The position numbers and the translations under genes are program-made. A stretch of DNA of 64,000 nucleotides from a virus. Under the pieces are notes generated by a model, which made no database searches, was not told the origin of the DNA, and saw nothing but the letters and a program-made list of their open reading frames with translations. Below, one piece after another: positions 35,368 through 44,820 of the stretch; the stretch's first letter is position 1, and the number at the start of each line of letters is the position of its first letter. Location of the stretch: the IMG/VR virus record IMGVR_UViG_3300047994_000054, positions 6,109 to 70,108 of that record; one strand, given 5' to 3'.

Positions 35368-35934
35368 ATGCCAGTCACGCAGGAGCTAGACCGCACCAAG
35401 ACGATGGAGACCTGGGAGATCACCGTCCCAGGGCGCGTCTGGGTCACCACGACGGTCTACAACCGCTACGGCCAGCCGGTCGACAAGCCGGTGTCGCTCG
35501 GCCCCAACAAGGTCGGCCAGCGACTCAAGATCAGCGTGGCGGACCGCGAGGCCAACCAGGAGCTCTGCGAGCGCCCCGAGCTCGATCCGTTCCTCAACGG
35601 CCTGCTGGTGCGGGTGGCAGGCGGCGACCCGGCAGACGAGTCCGTGGCCAGTACGGACGCGCTGACCAGCGCGGAACTGTCGCTGATCTTCGACAAGAAC
35701 GGCAACGCCTTCCACGCGGCCGTGGACGCGCTGGGTGAGATCCCAGTGCGCCGGCTGCTGGCGCTCTGCGACGCTGTGGACGCCACGGCCAAGCAGAAGG
35801 CGTACATCGAGCAGGTCATCAACGAGCGCTTCCGCAATCCTGGCTCCAGTCAGGGCACCGGCTCGGCTGTGTTCAACCTCGCAGGTGAGCGGGTTGGTTC
35901 CGATGGCACGCCGTACGAAGGTGACGAGGACTAA
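35368..35934 (+). CDS. Hypothetical protein
   Basis: GAAGGA SD. Confidence 0.7.
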   Translation: MPVTQELDRTKTMETWEITVPGRVWVTTTVYNRYGQPVDKPVSLGPNKVGQRLKISVADREANQELCERPELDPFLNGLLVRVAGGDPADESVASTDALTSAELSLIFDKNGNAFHAAVDALGEIPVRRLLALCDAVDATAKQKAYIEQVINERFRNPGSSQGTGSAVFNLAGERVGSDGTPYEGDED

Positions 35935-36151
35935 CTCACAGTCAGTTGCGAGCGAATCCCCACGTAGAGCGGGTAGGCGTGCTCATGGTGATGCTGCTGT
36001 GATCGTGATGGAGGACTGGGTGGACAAGGACCGCGTGCTCGATCTCGAGGTGGCGGAACTCGTCGCCCGCACGGTCGACACCGTGCATGCCATAAACTCG
36101 GCCATCGACGACCTCAACGAGATCATGAATAAGGTCCGCAACTCACCTCGT

Positions 36152-36178
36152 TCATCTCTGGCGTCCCATCTGTCGATA
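36152..36178 (+). promoter_or_regulatory. Putative leaderless late promoter
   Basis: TCAT-N16-GTCGATA; ATG at +15. Confidence 0.55.
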
Positions 36179-36186
36179 CGTTCTGC

Positions 36187-36474
36187 ATGACTCTCGAGGC
36201 GTACGACCAGCCCGAAGGCTCGGGCACCAACTACGGCCAGTCGGCGTCGAGCCTCAAGGGCGGCGTCTACTACTTCCAGGACTGCCCGCTCGACGCCGAC
36301 CACCTCGCGTCCGGTGAGCTCAGGCTCCGGTTCAGCACGCTGGACTTCCCCGGCGTCAATGGGCCGTTCTACGAGAGCTTCTCGATCGGCCAGCGGACGG
36401 TCCTCGACCAGTTGCCTACGCCGGTTCCGGTGGGCTCACAGGCGCCACTGGCGGACATGGCTCCCTCGGACTAG
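36187..36474 (+). CDS. Small virion protein, paralog of 32546
   Basis: Shared motif with 32546. Confidence 0.65.
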   Translation: MTLEAYDQPEGSGTNYGQSASSLKGGVYYFQDCPLDADHLASGELRLRFSTLDFPGVNGPFYESFSIGQRTVLDQLPTPVPVGSQAPLADMAPSD

Positions 36475-36489
36475 CTGGCCGCTGGCTGG

Positions 36490-36516
36490 TCAGTTCTTCC
36501 CAAGGGTGGGTCGATC
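36490..36516 (+). promoter_or_regulatory. Putative leaderless late promoter
   Basis: TCAG-N16-GTCGATC; GTG at +15. Confidence 0.65.
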
Positions 36517-36524
36517 CCACCTGA

Positions 36525-36947
36525 GTGACGGTCACCAGCATCGGGACGATCCCCGATGAGACGACCCTCAACGTGGTCCAGGGGCAGAGTTTCACCTTCG
36601 ACGCGATCCTCACCGAGGACGACGACGTCACGCCGCGTGACCTCACCGGCTGGATCGCCCACATGCAGATCCGCACCAAGCAGGCGTACACCGGCACGCT
36701 GCTCATCGACCTCTCGAGTCCCGGCGACTCCGGTGACGTCGGCTCCGACATGGAGAGCCTGATCATCCAGGCCGGCGGTCAGACCGGCCGCGTGGACGTC
36801 GTGATCCTGCCGACGGTCACCGCGCTGCTGACCAAGACGGTCTACTACTACGACCTGTTCCTCACGTCGCCCGACGGGCGGACGTCCATCCGCATGCTCT
36901 GGGGCACGGTCAACGTCTCGAATAGCGTGACGCAGGCAGGGACCTGA
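36525..36947 (+). CDS. BppU-like adaptor/structural protein
   Basis: VQGQSF...DLTGW.A.MQIR...YYYDL...G.V.V. Confidence 0.65.
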   Translation: MTVTSIGTIPDETTLNVVQGQSFTFDAILTEDDDVTPRDLTGWIAHMQIRTKQAYTGTLLIDLSSPGDSGDVGSDMESLIIQAGGQTGRVDVVILPTVTALLTKTVYYYDLFLTSPDGRTSIRMLWGTVNVSNSVTQAGT

Positions 36948-36948
36948 G

Positions 36949-37395
36949 ATGGGCGTGATCATCAACCCGCCTGCCACGCAGACGGTCACCGTGACACCGC
37001 CTGAGTCTCCCTCTGTCGTGATCACACCTGCAATGACGCAGGAGATCGAGGTCGCGACCGAGGTAGCGGGCGACACCGTCGTCACCCCGCCTGCGTCTCA
37101 GAGCGTGAACGTCGTCGCCGGGATCGGCGTGCCGGGCCTCGATGGGACCAACGGCATGGACGGCGCGCCAGGCGCGCCAGGTCGTGACGGCTCCGATGTC
37201 GCCAGTTTCACCTACTACCAGGACGCCCCGGCTTACGAGTGGCTGATCATGCACAACCTCGGCCGCCGGGTGGACATCTCGCTCTACGACACCGCTGGCA
37301 CCCGCTACCCCGCCTTCGTCGCTGAGTACGTCGACGAGAACACCATCCGGCTCACGTTCAGCCTGCCGCTGAACGGCTACGCGTACCTCATCTAG
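36949..37395 (+). CDS. Minor structural protein with short collagen-like run
   Basis: GxxGxx run; W.I.HNLGR motif. Confidence 0.65.
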   Translation: MGVIINPPATQTVTVTPPESPSVVITPAMTQEIEVATEVAGDTVVTPPASQSVNVVAGIGVPGLDGTNGMDGAPGAPGRDGSDVASFTYYQDAPAYEWLIMHNLGRRVDISLYDTAGTRYPAFVAEYVDENTIRLTFSLPLNGYAYLI

Positions 37396-37427
37396 CTAGA
37401 CCACTCAAGACCAGGAGAGAGAGCACC

Positions 37428-38600
37428 ATGGCCGCCATTCCGTTCGTCGACCCGATCGACCTCCAGCAACTCGAGCTGCGCAACGCGGTCATCCACCTGC
37501 TGGCCACCGATCCGGGTAGCCCGGTCGCCGGTCAGCTCTGGTACAACACGACCTCGAAGCTCCTCAAGTACTACGACGGCACCGCCGTCCAGATCATCAC
37601 GCCCGAGTCGGCGGCGGTGCTCATCGGCTCGACTGCCGGTGGTGACCTCACCGGCACGTACCCGAACCCGACTCTCGCCGGCACCGCCAACGTCGAGTCG
37701 ATCATCCGGGCCAACCGGCTGGACCAGTTCGCGGCACCGACGTCCACGGTGAGCTTCAACTCCCAGACGATCAGCAATGTCGCCAACGCGGTCAACCCCG
37801 GTGACGCGGTCAACCTCACCACGCTCCAGTCGGCCATTTCGGGCCTGACCAGCAAGTCCGAGGTCGCCCTGGCCACCAGTGCCGCACTGCCGGCCAACAC
37901 GTACGCCAACGGAAGCTCGGGCGTCGGTGCGACGCTGACCGCCACGGCGAACGGCGCGCTGTCGATCGACGGTGTGGCCGTCGTGGTGGGTCAGCGTGTC
38001 CTGATCAAGAACGAGGCCACCGCCGCCAACAACGGCATCTACGTGGTCACCACGGCCGGCTCCGCCGGTGCGGCGTACGTGCTGACCCGGTCGACCGACG
38101 CCAACTCGGCCACCCTGCTCGGCCCCGGCCTGCTGGTTCCGGTGGAGGGTCCGGCCGGCTCGACCGGCACGAGCAACAACGGCGTCGTGTTCATCTCGAT
38201 GGCCCCGAGTCCGTTCGTGGTCGGCAGCAGCGCCATCACCTTCACCAGCATCGGTTCGACCTACACCGCCGGAACCGGTCTGACCCTGACCGGTACGACG
38301 TTCGCGCTTTCGACGCCGGTCTCGATCGCCAACGGTGGTACGGGCTCGAACTCGGCCGTCACTGCGCGTACGGCACTCGGCGCCGTGGGCAAGTACGCCA
38401 CCACCATCGGTGACGGCACGACGACCAGTTTCACGATCACTCACAACCTGAACACGACCGACGTGAACGTCCGTGTGCAACTCGTTTCGACCGGCCAGGA
38501 GGTCCGGGCTGACAACTACGCCGCGACGGTCAACACGGTGACGGTCGCGTTCTCGGTGGCCCCGGCTTCCAATGCGATCCGCGTCATCATCAACGGCTAG
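37428..38600 (+). CDS. Fibre protein
   Basis: PIDLQQLEL.NA, GGDLTGTYPNP, GQRVLIKN....NGIY, THNLNT. Confidence 0.7.
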   Translation: MAAIPFVDPIDLQQLELRNAVIHLLATDPGSPVAGQLWYNTTSKLLKYYDGTAVQIITPESAAVLIGSTAGGDLTGTYPNPTLAGTANVESIIRANRLDQFAAPTSTVSFNSQTISNVANAVNPGDAVNLTTLQSAISGLTSKSEVALATSAALPANTYANGSSGVGATLTATANGALSIDGVAVVVGQRVLIKNEATAANNGIYVVTTAGSAGAAYVLTRSTDANSATLLGPGLLVPVEGPAGSTGTSNNGVVFISMAPSPFVVGSSAITFTSIGSTYTAGTGLTLTGTTFALSTPVSIANGGTGSNSAVTARTALGAVGKYATTIGDGTTTSFTITHNLNTTDVNVRVQLVSTGQEVRADNYAATVNTVTVAFSVAPASNAIRVIING

Positions 38601-38603
38601 CCG

Positions 38604-38921
38604 ATGGCAGCACCCGCAACACCGGGCTTCACGATCGAGGAGCCGCCCCAGCTGTCGGCAGATCCCACCGGGACCTACCAGGCTGGTGCGGCGTACTGGA
38701 ATACGACCCTCGGTCGGCTCCGGTACTACGACGGCTCGGCGTGGCAGTCGGTCGCTGACCTGTCCGACGTGACAGGTTCGGCTGCGACGCCGACGCAGGT
38801 GGGAACGAGCGTGACCTACACGCTGGCCGCGAACACCCAGGTCGTGTTCCGACGCAAGATCAAGCTGCTGGCGGGCGCACGCCTGCTGGGAGGCACGAAC
38901 TCCGTGCTGGAAGGAGTCTGA
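38604..38921 (+). CDS. Small fibre-associated protein
   Basis: YWNTT...LRYYDGSAW, similar to the 37428 N-terminus. Confidence 0.6.
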   Translation: MAAPATPGFTIEEPPQLSADPTGTYQAGAAYWNTTLGRLRYYDGSAWQSVADLSDVTGSAATPTQVGTSVTYTLAANTQVVFRRKIKLLAGARLLGGTNSVLEGV

Positions 38922-38922
38922 G

Positions 38923-41643
38923 GTGGCTACGACGCCGGCCCAGCTGGAGTTCGTCCAGGAGGTCTTCGCCAGCTCGGTCGGTGACCAGGTTCCGAACGCG
39001 GGCGTCGGCAACCTCATCCTGTTTGCCGACGGGGGCGTCTGGTACTCGAAGAACTCGAGCGGCGCGGTCGCAGCCCTGTCGGGCGTCACCAGTGTCGCCG
39101 CTGCTGACGCCACCATCACCATCGGCGGCACCACTGCCGCGCCGACGGTTGCGCGCTCGGCCATCATCGGGGACGTCTCCATCGCGGCCGGCACCAACAC
39201 GGCCACGCTCGCCAGCGTTATCACCGCAGCTGGTCCCATCGGCTCGGGTTCCACGGTGCCGGTCATCAGCTACGACGCCAAGGGCAGGCTGACGGCGGTC
39301 ACCACCGCGACCATCACCCCGGCTGCCATCGGCGCACCGTCCGGGTCGGGCACGAGCTCGGGTTCGAACACGGGCGACCAGACGATCACGCTGACCGGAG
39401 ATGTCACCGGGTCGGGCACCGGATCGTTCGTCACCACACTGGCGACAACGGGCGTTGGCGCCGGCGGTCCTACAGGCTCCGCCAGCACCGTGCCGGTGAT
39501 CACCTATGACGCCAAGGGTCGTCTGACAGCCGTTAGTACGGCCACGATCACGCCCGCTGCGATCGGTGCTCCCAGTGGCTCCGGTACGAGCAGCGGCTCG
39601 AACTCGGGTGACGTGACGCTGGGTGCGGTCGGCTCGACGCCCAACGCGAATGGTGCCAGCCTCGTTGGCCAGGTGCTGACGCTCCAACCCGCGAGCGCCA
39701 CGCTTGCAGGTTTGATGCCTGCCTCCAACTTCGCTTTCATCGCGGCGATCGACGGCGGCCAGTTCCTCAATGTCCAGTCCAACCCGTACTCGAACCTCAA
39801 GTGCGACGGCGCCACTGACGACACGGCAGCGCTGAACACCCTGCTGAGCAACGCGCCGGACGGCTCGACGCTCATGTGGCCGACCACCGACGCCGTCATG
39901 ATCCTGACCGGCGCCGTTTCGATTCCGGCTGGCAAGCACTTCAACTTCATCGGCGGCGCGAAGGGCAAGACGACCTTTGTTCAGACCAGTCCGACCGCTG
40001 ACCACATCACCTGCGGCGACTGGTACTCGACGTTCACGGGGATCTCCTTCGTCACGGTCAACACGACGACCACCGGCACCCAGTCGCTGACGTCCGGCAC
40101 CGTTCTGATCGTCGCGGCGATCCCGTACCTGACTTACGTCGCCGCTTCGGGGACCATCACAGTCAACTCAAGTTCCGGCTGGCAGACGCTGACCTATTCG
40201 GCACGCACGTCCACCTCGGTGACCCTGTCGCAGACGGGCACCGGTACAACAGTGGCGGGCGCTCCGCTGGTCTTCAAGACCGCTGGTGCGGCGATCAACG
40301 CGGGCAACAACGTCGGCATCGACACCACCCACTGTGATCTGACCTGTTGCTACAACGGCTACGTCGCTTCGGGCTCGACCGCCAACGCCTCGGACATCTA
40401 CGACCTCGGCGGCCTGAACACGATCAACTCAGACATCATCATCAACGGCGCCAACTGGAACGGCACGATCAACCGGATCACTGTCGACTGCACGGTCAAC
40501 AGTCGCACCGCGGCTCACGTCGACCTCCAGCAGTGCGGCGCGGTGACCGGCTCCGACAACGAGATCATCCGAGGCAACTACAACCTGCGGATGGGCTACG
40601 GCGGCGCGGCCTACCCGGCAGGTGTGTTCAGCGTCTACTTCACCGACTCGTTCTTCGACAACGCGGGCGTCGATGCTGTCCTGATCACGGGCACTGCTGC
40701 GGTGCAGCGCATCAAGTTCAGCAACTCGTGGCTGTCGTCGGCTCAGTTGGGCATGGGTCTGAACCTCGCCTCCACGGCGACCACACTGCCTACCGACATC
40801 GAACTGCTGAACTGCAACATCTACGCCAACGCCACCAACGGTGTCGGCGGCGCCGGGGCGCAGGACATCCGCATCCTCGGATGCCAGATCGCGGGCAACG
40901 CCACGGCGGGCGTGAACACTTCGGCCGCGCGCATTGACGTCGCCAACAGCCGCATCGGCCCCGTCGGTGGCATTGGCGCCAATGGCACCGGCATCATCGT
41001 CCCAGCGGGCGCGTACCAGTACATCCAGATTCACGACAACGACATCTCGGGCAACACCACCGCGCCGATCACTGATAACAGCACCTCTAGTGTCGCCAAG
41101 TTGATCTACGGCAACGCTGGGATGCCACTGCCGCCGACGCCCTCCATCGCTGCGTCGGCAGCGATCAGCACGACCGAGACGTACATCACCACGGCGATTC
41201 CGCTGCCTCCCGGCACGCCGCTCGTGGGCACTACCTATCGCCTCACGGGCTACGGCACCTGCACGTCGACCGCCGCGAACGTCTCCACATTCACGGTGCG
41301 CATCGGTACCACGGGCACGACGCCCGCGTCCGATACGACGGCGACGGCCGCACTCGCTCCTGCCACTGCCGCTGCGACGTCGGGCACGGCGAACGGCTTC
41401 CGCTTCGAGATTCTGGTGACCTGTCGTGTGCTCGGCGCGACGACGAGCTGGGAGTGCTCGCTGGCTATTGTGAACACCGGCGTCATTGGCATCTTGTCGA
41501 TCGCCTCTGCGGCCGTCGTCGGCGTCTCAACCGGCGCCTACAGCAACGCCACCCAGCAGTACCTCAACGTCTCCTACAAGACGGCCGCCACGACGACCAC
41601 GAGCACGTTCCAGATGGCTGCCTGGGAGACCATCAAGCAGTAG
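38923..41643 (+). CDS. Tailspike-like beta-helix (depolymerase) protein
   Basis: CDGATDDTAAL, repeated N..G turns, duplicated YDAKGRLT stalk. Confidence 0.7.
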   Translation: MATTPAQLEFVQEVFASSVGDQVPNAGVGNLILFADGGVWYSKNSSGAVAALSGVTSVAAADATITIGGTTAAPTVARSAIIGDVSIAAGTNTATLASVITAAGPIGSGSTVPVISYDAKGRLTAVTTATITPAAIGAPSGSGTSSGSNTGDQTITLTGDVTGSGTGSFVTTLATTGVGAGGPTGSASTVPVITYDAKGRLTAVSTATITPAAIGAPSGSGTSSGSNSGDVTLGAVGSTPNANGASLVGQVLTLQPASATLAGLMPASNFAFIAAIDGGQFLNVQSNPYSNLKCDGATDDTAALNTLLSNAPDGSTLMWPTTDAVMILTGAVSIPAGKHFNFIGGAKGKTTFVQTSPTADHITCGDWYSTFTGISFVTVNTTTTGTQSLTSGTVLIVAAIPYLTYVAASGTITVNSSSGWQTLTYSARTSTSVTLSQTGTGTTVAGAPLVFKTAGAAINAGNNVGIDTTHCDLTCCYNGYVASGSTANASDIYDLGGLNTINSDIIINGANWNGTINRITVDCTVNSRTAAHVDLQQCGAVTGSDNEIIRGNYNLRMGYGGAAYPAGVFSVYFTDSFFDNAGVDAVLITGTAAVQRIKFSNSWLSSAQLGMGLNLASTATTLPTDIELLNCNIYANATNGVGGAGAQDIRILGCQIAGNATAGVNTSAARIDVANSRIGPVGGIGANGTGIIVPAGAYQYIQIHDNDISGNTTAPITDNSTSSVAKLIYGNAGMPLPPTPSIAASAAISTTETYITTAIPLPPGTPLVGTTYRLTGYGTCTSTAANVSTFTVRIGTTGTTPASDTTATAALAPATAAATSGTANGFRFEILVTCRVLGATTSWECSLAIVNTGVIGILSIASAAVVGVSTGAYSNATQQYLNVSYKTAATTTTSTFQMAAWETIKQ

Positions 41644-41655
41644 TAGGGTCCGCGC

Positions 41656-41955
41656 ATGGCGAAGAAGCAGTTGATGCTCCAGGGCTTCATGGTGCGCCCA
41701 GTCGTACACCTGGCCGACTTCGAGGACAGCACCATCGAGCCTGTGAGCGTGGGTGAGCAGATGGTCACGCTCAAGCAGTGGGACAAGTTCCTCGCCAACC
41801 AGTGGCCGGACATCTGGGCCAGCCTGAACCAGATCGTCGAGGAGCAGCTGGCCGCACAAGCGGAGGAAGCCGCTGCCATGGCCAAGGCTCGTGAGTTCCA
41901 GGACCGAACGGCGAGCAAAGCTCATGAGCCGACCGTCGAGCCGACCGTCGAGTAA
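41656..41955 (+). CDS. Hypothetical protein (possible fibre chaperone)
   Basis: Follows the spike gene; ends EPTVEPTVE. Confidence 0.55.
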   Translation: MAKKQLMLQGFMVRPVVHLADFEDSTIEPVSVGEQMVTLKQWDKFLANQWPDIWASLNQIVEEQLAAQAEEAAAMAKAREFQDRTASKAHEPTVEPTVE

Positions 41956-42014
41956 CCCTGGCGCCAATGTCGCGCCAGCCCTTCTGCGCTAGTCAAGCCG
42001 TCAAGGCCAGCTGC

Positions 42015-42041
42015 TCAGTAGGTCCCCGCGCCAGTCCGATG
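42015..42041 (+). promoter_or_regulatory. Putative leaderless late promoter
   Basis: TCAG-N16-TCCGATG; ATG at +15. Confidence 0.65.
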
Positions 42042-42049
42042 CTCTGACC

Positions 42050-42655
42050 ATGAGCATGCAGCCGAGTGATGCCCTTGACCCGGTCTTCACGCCGCAGCCG
42101 CTCAACACGACCGTTCCTGGCACCGACCTCGATGACCTCGTCGGCGCGCTCCAGCGCGAGCTCGCGGTGCCCGGTGAGTTCGCCACCGTCTTCCCGAACA
42201 CGCAGAACTCGGATCTCGCCGCGTCACTGGGTGACGCCTTCGCCCAGGCGCAGCTGGACGGCTTCTTCTCCCAGCAGACCCTCGATCTGAACACACTCAT
42301 CGTCACGCCCGGCCTGTCGTCCGGCGGCATGGCACTCGTCGTCATCTACGCAGCGATCCGCACCATCAAGGCGCAGCTGCGCAACCTCCAGAGTTCGGTC
42401 ACCTACAAGGCCGGTCCGGCTGAGTACCAGGCGACCTACTCGAGCAACGTGCTCACCACTGAGCTCAAGGACTTCCAGGAGCGGCGACAGGAACTCCTGG
42501 CGCTGGTTCTGCGCCAGGGTCGCAGCGTCAACGCCGCCTACGTGGCAGATGGCTACCTGATCCGGGCGTTCAGCTACTTCCCGTACTACTACGGCGAGGT
42601 CGGCAGCTTCTACCCGTTCGAGCTCGCGGGCACGGGTCTCGGCCTCGGGATCTGA
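42050..42655 (+). CDS. Head-tail adaptor
   Basis: Position and size. Confidence 0.5.
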   Translation: MSMQPSDALDPVFTPQPLNTTVPGTDLDDLVGALQRELAVPGEFATVFPNTQNSDLAASLGDAFAQAQLDGFFSQQTLDLNTLIVTPGLSSGGMALVVIYAAIRTIKAQLRNLQSSVTYKAGPAEYQATYSSNVLTTELKDFQERRQELLALVLRQGRSVNAAYVADGYLIRAFSYFPYYYGEVGSFYPFELAGTGLGLGI

Positions 42656-42664
42656 GGCTGACAG

Positions 42665-43120
42665 ATGGCCAGCTCTCCACAGATCCCCTTCAACGCGGCG
42701 ACGGTCCGCGCTGGGCTTAGGCTCGCTATGACCGTGGGCTTGCCGCCCGTTGAGGCTGACCAGCCGACGTTCTACTTCCCACCGACCAGCGTGACGCCCG
42801 GCGTCACGGGTGAGGCGCTCGACGAGGAGGGTGTGCCCTTCGCACCGTCGACAACGGTCGTTCGCAGCACCCCGGCCCCCGTACAGGTCCCGTGTGCCGT
42901 GGAGTACCACGACGGCTCGGGCAAGCTCGAGAACTTCGGCGTCATCGCCGCCAGCAAGATCGTGCTCACCCTGCTGGACGAGGACTACGACCAGGTCGAG
43001 GGCTTCCTCTATGTCGTGATCGCCGGTCAGAAGTACTGGTATCGCAGGACCGAGAACGCCACGGGCCTGGTCGCGCTGGGGATCTACACCGTGCACTGCG
43101 AGTCGGACGACCAGGGGTAG
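42665..43120 (+). CDS. Head closure / stopper protein
   Basis: Position; VPCAVE...V.IAG.KY. Confidence 0.5.
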   Translation: MASSPQIPFNAATVRAGLRLAMTVGLPPVEADQPTFYFPPTSVTPGVTGEALDEEGVPFAPSTTVVRSTPAPVQVPCAVEYHDGSGKLENFGVIAASKIVLTLLDEDYDQVEGFLYVVIAGQKYWYRRTENATGLVALGIYTVHCESDDQG

Positions 43121-43122
43121 AG

Positions 43123-43662
43123 ATGGCCTTCATTCGCGGTCAGGAGCGCCTGGTCTATGAGACGACCAAGACCTACCTGACCACTCAGCTCACCGCGCTC
43201 GGGTGGTTCAGCAGCACGCTGCCGTTCGCCGCTGTGCAACCCGGACCCGTCACACTGCTGGACTACGTGCCGCCTGACGACCAGGCCAAGAAGCCGAACA
43301 CGATCGCTTTCACCTCAGGCACCGACGACATCGACGCGGAGCAGGAGATCGGCGCGGCGCTCGGTGGCTTGTGGGAGACCGACCACGTCTTCTTCGTTGA
43401 CATCTGGGGCGAGTCGCAGGGCATCGCCAAGCAGTTGGCGTCGGACATCCGTGCGATCCTTACCGGCCGGCTGCCAGGCTGCTCGCGCTGCCAGCCGATC
43501 ATGGACCTGACCCAGAATCCGCCGGTCGTAGCGCCTGGTCACTACATCCAGTACGAGGACGTCGAGACCACCACTCCGGTCAACCAGGACAACGAGAAGT
43601 CCTGGCGCGTGGTCAAGGTCAGAGCCGAGCACTACTACACGGCAGTCGAGGTCGGCACCTGA
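43123..43662 (+). CDS. Tail terminator-like protein
   Basis: FFVDIWGES...A..LASDI pattern. Confidence 0.55.
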   Translation: MAFIRGQERLVYETTKTYLTTQLTALGWFSSTLPFAAVQPGPVTLLDYVPPDDQAKKPNTIAFTSGTDDIDAEQEIGAALGGLWETDHVFFVDIWGESQGIAKQLASDIRAILTGRLPGCSRCQPIMDLTQNPPVVAPGHYIQYEDVETTTPVNQDNEKSWRVVKVRAEHYYTAVEVGT

Positions 43663-43695
43663 TGAGTCGGCACCTGATGAGTCGGAACCTGATGG
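43651..43695. repeat. 15 bp tandem x3 at a gene junction
   Basis: GTCGG(C/A)ACCTGATG(A/G). Confidence 0.9.
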
Positions 43696-43705
43696 GCTCA
43701 AGCTG

Positions 43706-43990
43706 ATGGCGAGTGAGGACTTCATTCGGGCAATGGCGCTCGAGCAGCGCAAGCGTCTCGTGGCGATGGTGATGGATCACTTCGAGAAGCAGGTGCTTCC
43801 GCTCGTGCCGCAGGCTCAGCGTGCCGCCACCAAGGAGGCGTTCCGCGCCAAGGTCATGGACGCCGTGGGCCGGTACCACGACTACACCCTCGACGCCCTC
43901 AAGGCCGCGACAGCCACGAGCGACAACGTCGTCAACGAGCACTACCTCACGCTCCTCCAGGAGATCCACGGGGCGGTGACCCGTGGCTAG
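43706..43990 (+). CDS. Hypothetical protein
   Basis: TGATG start. Confidence 0.6.
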   Translation: MASEDFIRAMALEQRKRLVAMVMDHFEKQVLPLVPQAQRAATKEAFRAKVMDAVGRYHDYTLDALKAATATSDNVVNEHYLTLLQEIHGAVTRG

Positions 43991-44753
43991 TCGCACTCCC
44001 GGCACACCGGGCAACATCGCCGGTTTCTCCGCCATCGGGTTCGGCGTCGGCAACCCGGACTTCCTCAACAGCGCCGCCTCGAAGGTGCAGGCGTACTACC
44101 GAGAGATCGAGTTCGGCACCACGCGCTTCGTCGGCCGTCGCATCTACGGTCTGTTCGGTGACGAGGCAGGTCCGCGTGGCGGCCTGATCAACGGCACGCT
44201 CACACCGTTTGGCGGCCGTGTCGACCAGAAGTTCGTCCCCTTCGCCGAGCCTGAGACGAATCCAGTCGGTGGCCGTCGCGCAGCCGCGTACTTGCGTCGG
44301 CAGGAGAAGATCAAGGGCGATCAGGCTGCCGGCGCCGTCTCTGGCATCATCAAGCGCGAGATCGTTGCCCAGAAGGCGTACGCCAAAGCTGCGGCGGCGT
44401 TCAATCCGCTCGAGCAGGAACGCACCGCCATTCAGGAGGCGTTCAGCCAGACCTTCACCGATCCGTCGAGTGCGCTGTCTGGTCGTGGCCGTCAGCGCAA
44501 GACGGCCGGCGCCGCGTCATTCAAGAAGCGTTCGGGCCTCCAGGTGACCTTCACGCTGTCTGGCTTCCAGACCTCGCTCCAGAAGGTCGACCAGGCGTTC
44601 ATCACCGAGCTCACCAACGCCAACAAGATCCTCGCGCTCCGATTGGCGGACAAGGTCGCCGAGGAGCAGGACCAGCTCATCAAGCGGCGGCTGGTGAGCT
44701 CAGGGCGCCTCGTGTCGGCGACGCTCGATCCCGCGAACAGATTCCCCAGCTGA
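43983..44753 (+). CDS. Neck / tail completion protein
   Basis: Basic, with YY..IEFGT motif. Confidence 0.5.
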   Translation: MASRTPGTPGNIAGFSAIGFGVGNPDFLNSAASKVQAYYREIEFGTTRFVGRRIYGLFGDEAGPRGGLINGTLTPFGGRVDQKFVPFAEPETNPVGGRRAAAYLRRQEKIKGDQAAGAVSGIIKREIVAQKAYAKAAAAFNPLEQERTAIQEAFSQTFTDPSSALSGRGRQRKTAGAASFKKRSGLQVTFTLSGFQTSLQKVDQAFITELTNANKILALRLADKVAEEQDQLIKRRLVSSGRLVSATLDPANRFPS

Positions 44754-44772
44754 GGACACCGTTCTCATCTGG

Positions 44773-44799
44773 TCAGTTGCTCCGGCCACCAGGCCGATC
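44773..44799 (+). promoter_or_regulatory. Putative late promoter
   Basis: TCAG-N16-GCCGATC; +15 falls on the GAGGAGG SD. Confidence 0.65.
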
Positions 44800-44820
44800 C
44801 ACTCACCGAGGAGGTAGACC

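Noticed and set aside
39232-39612. DGR template/variable repeat in the spike gene
   Set aside because: An in-frame domain duplication with mostly synonymous changes at all bases; no reverse transcriptase seen.
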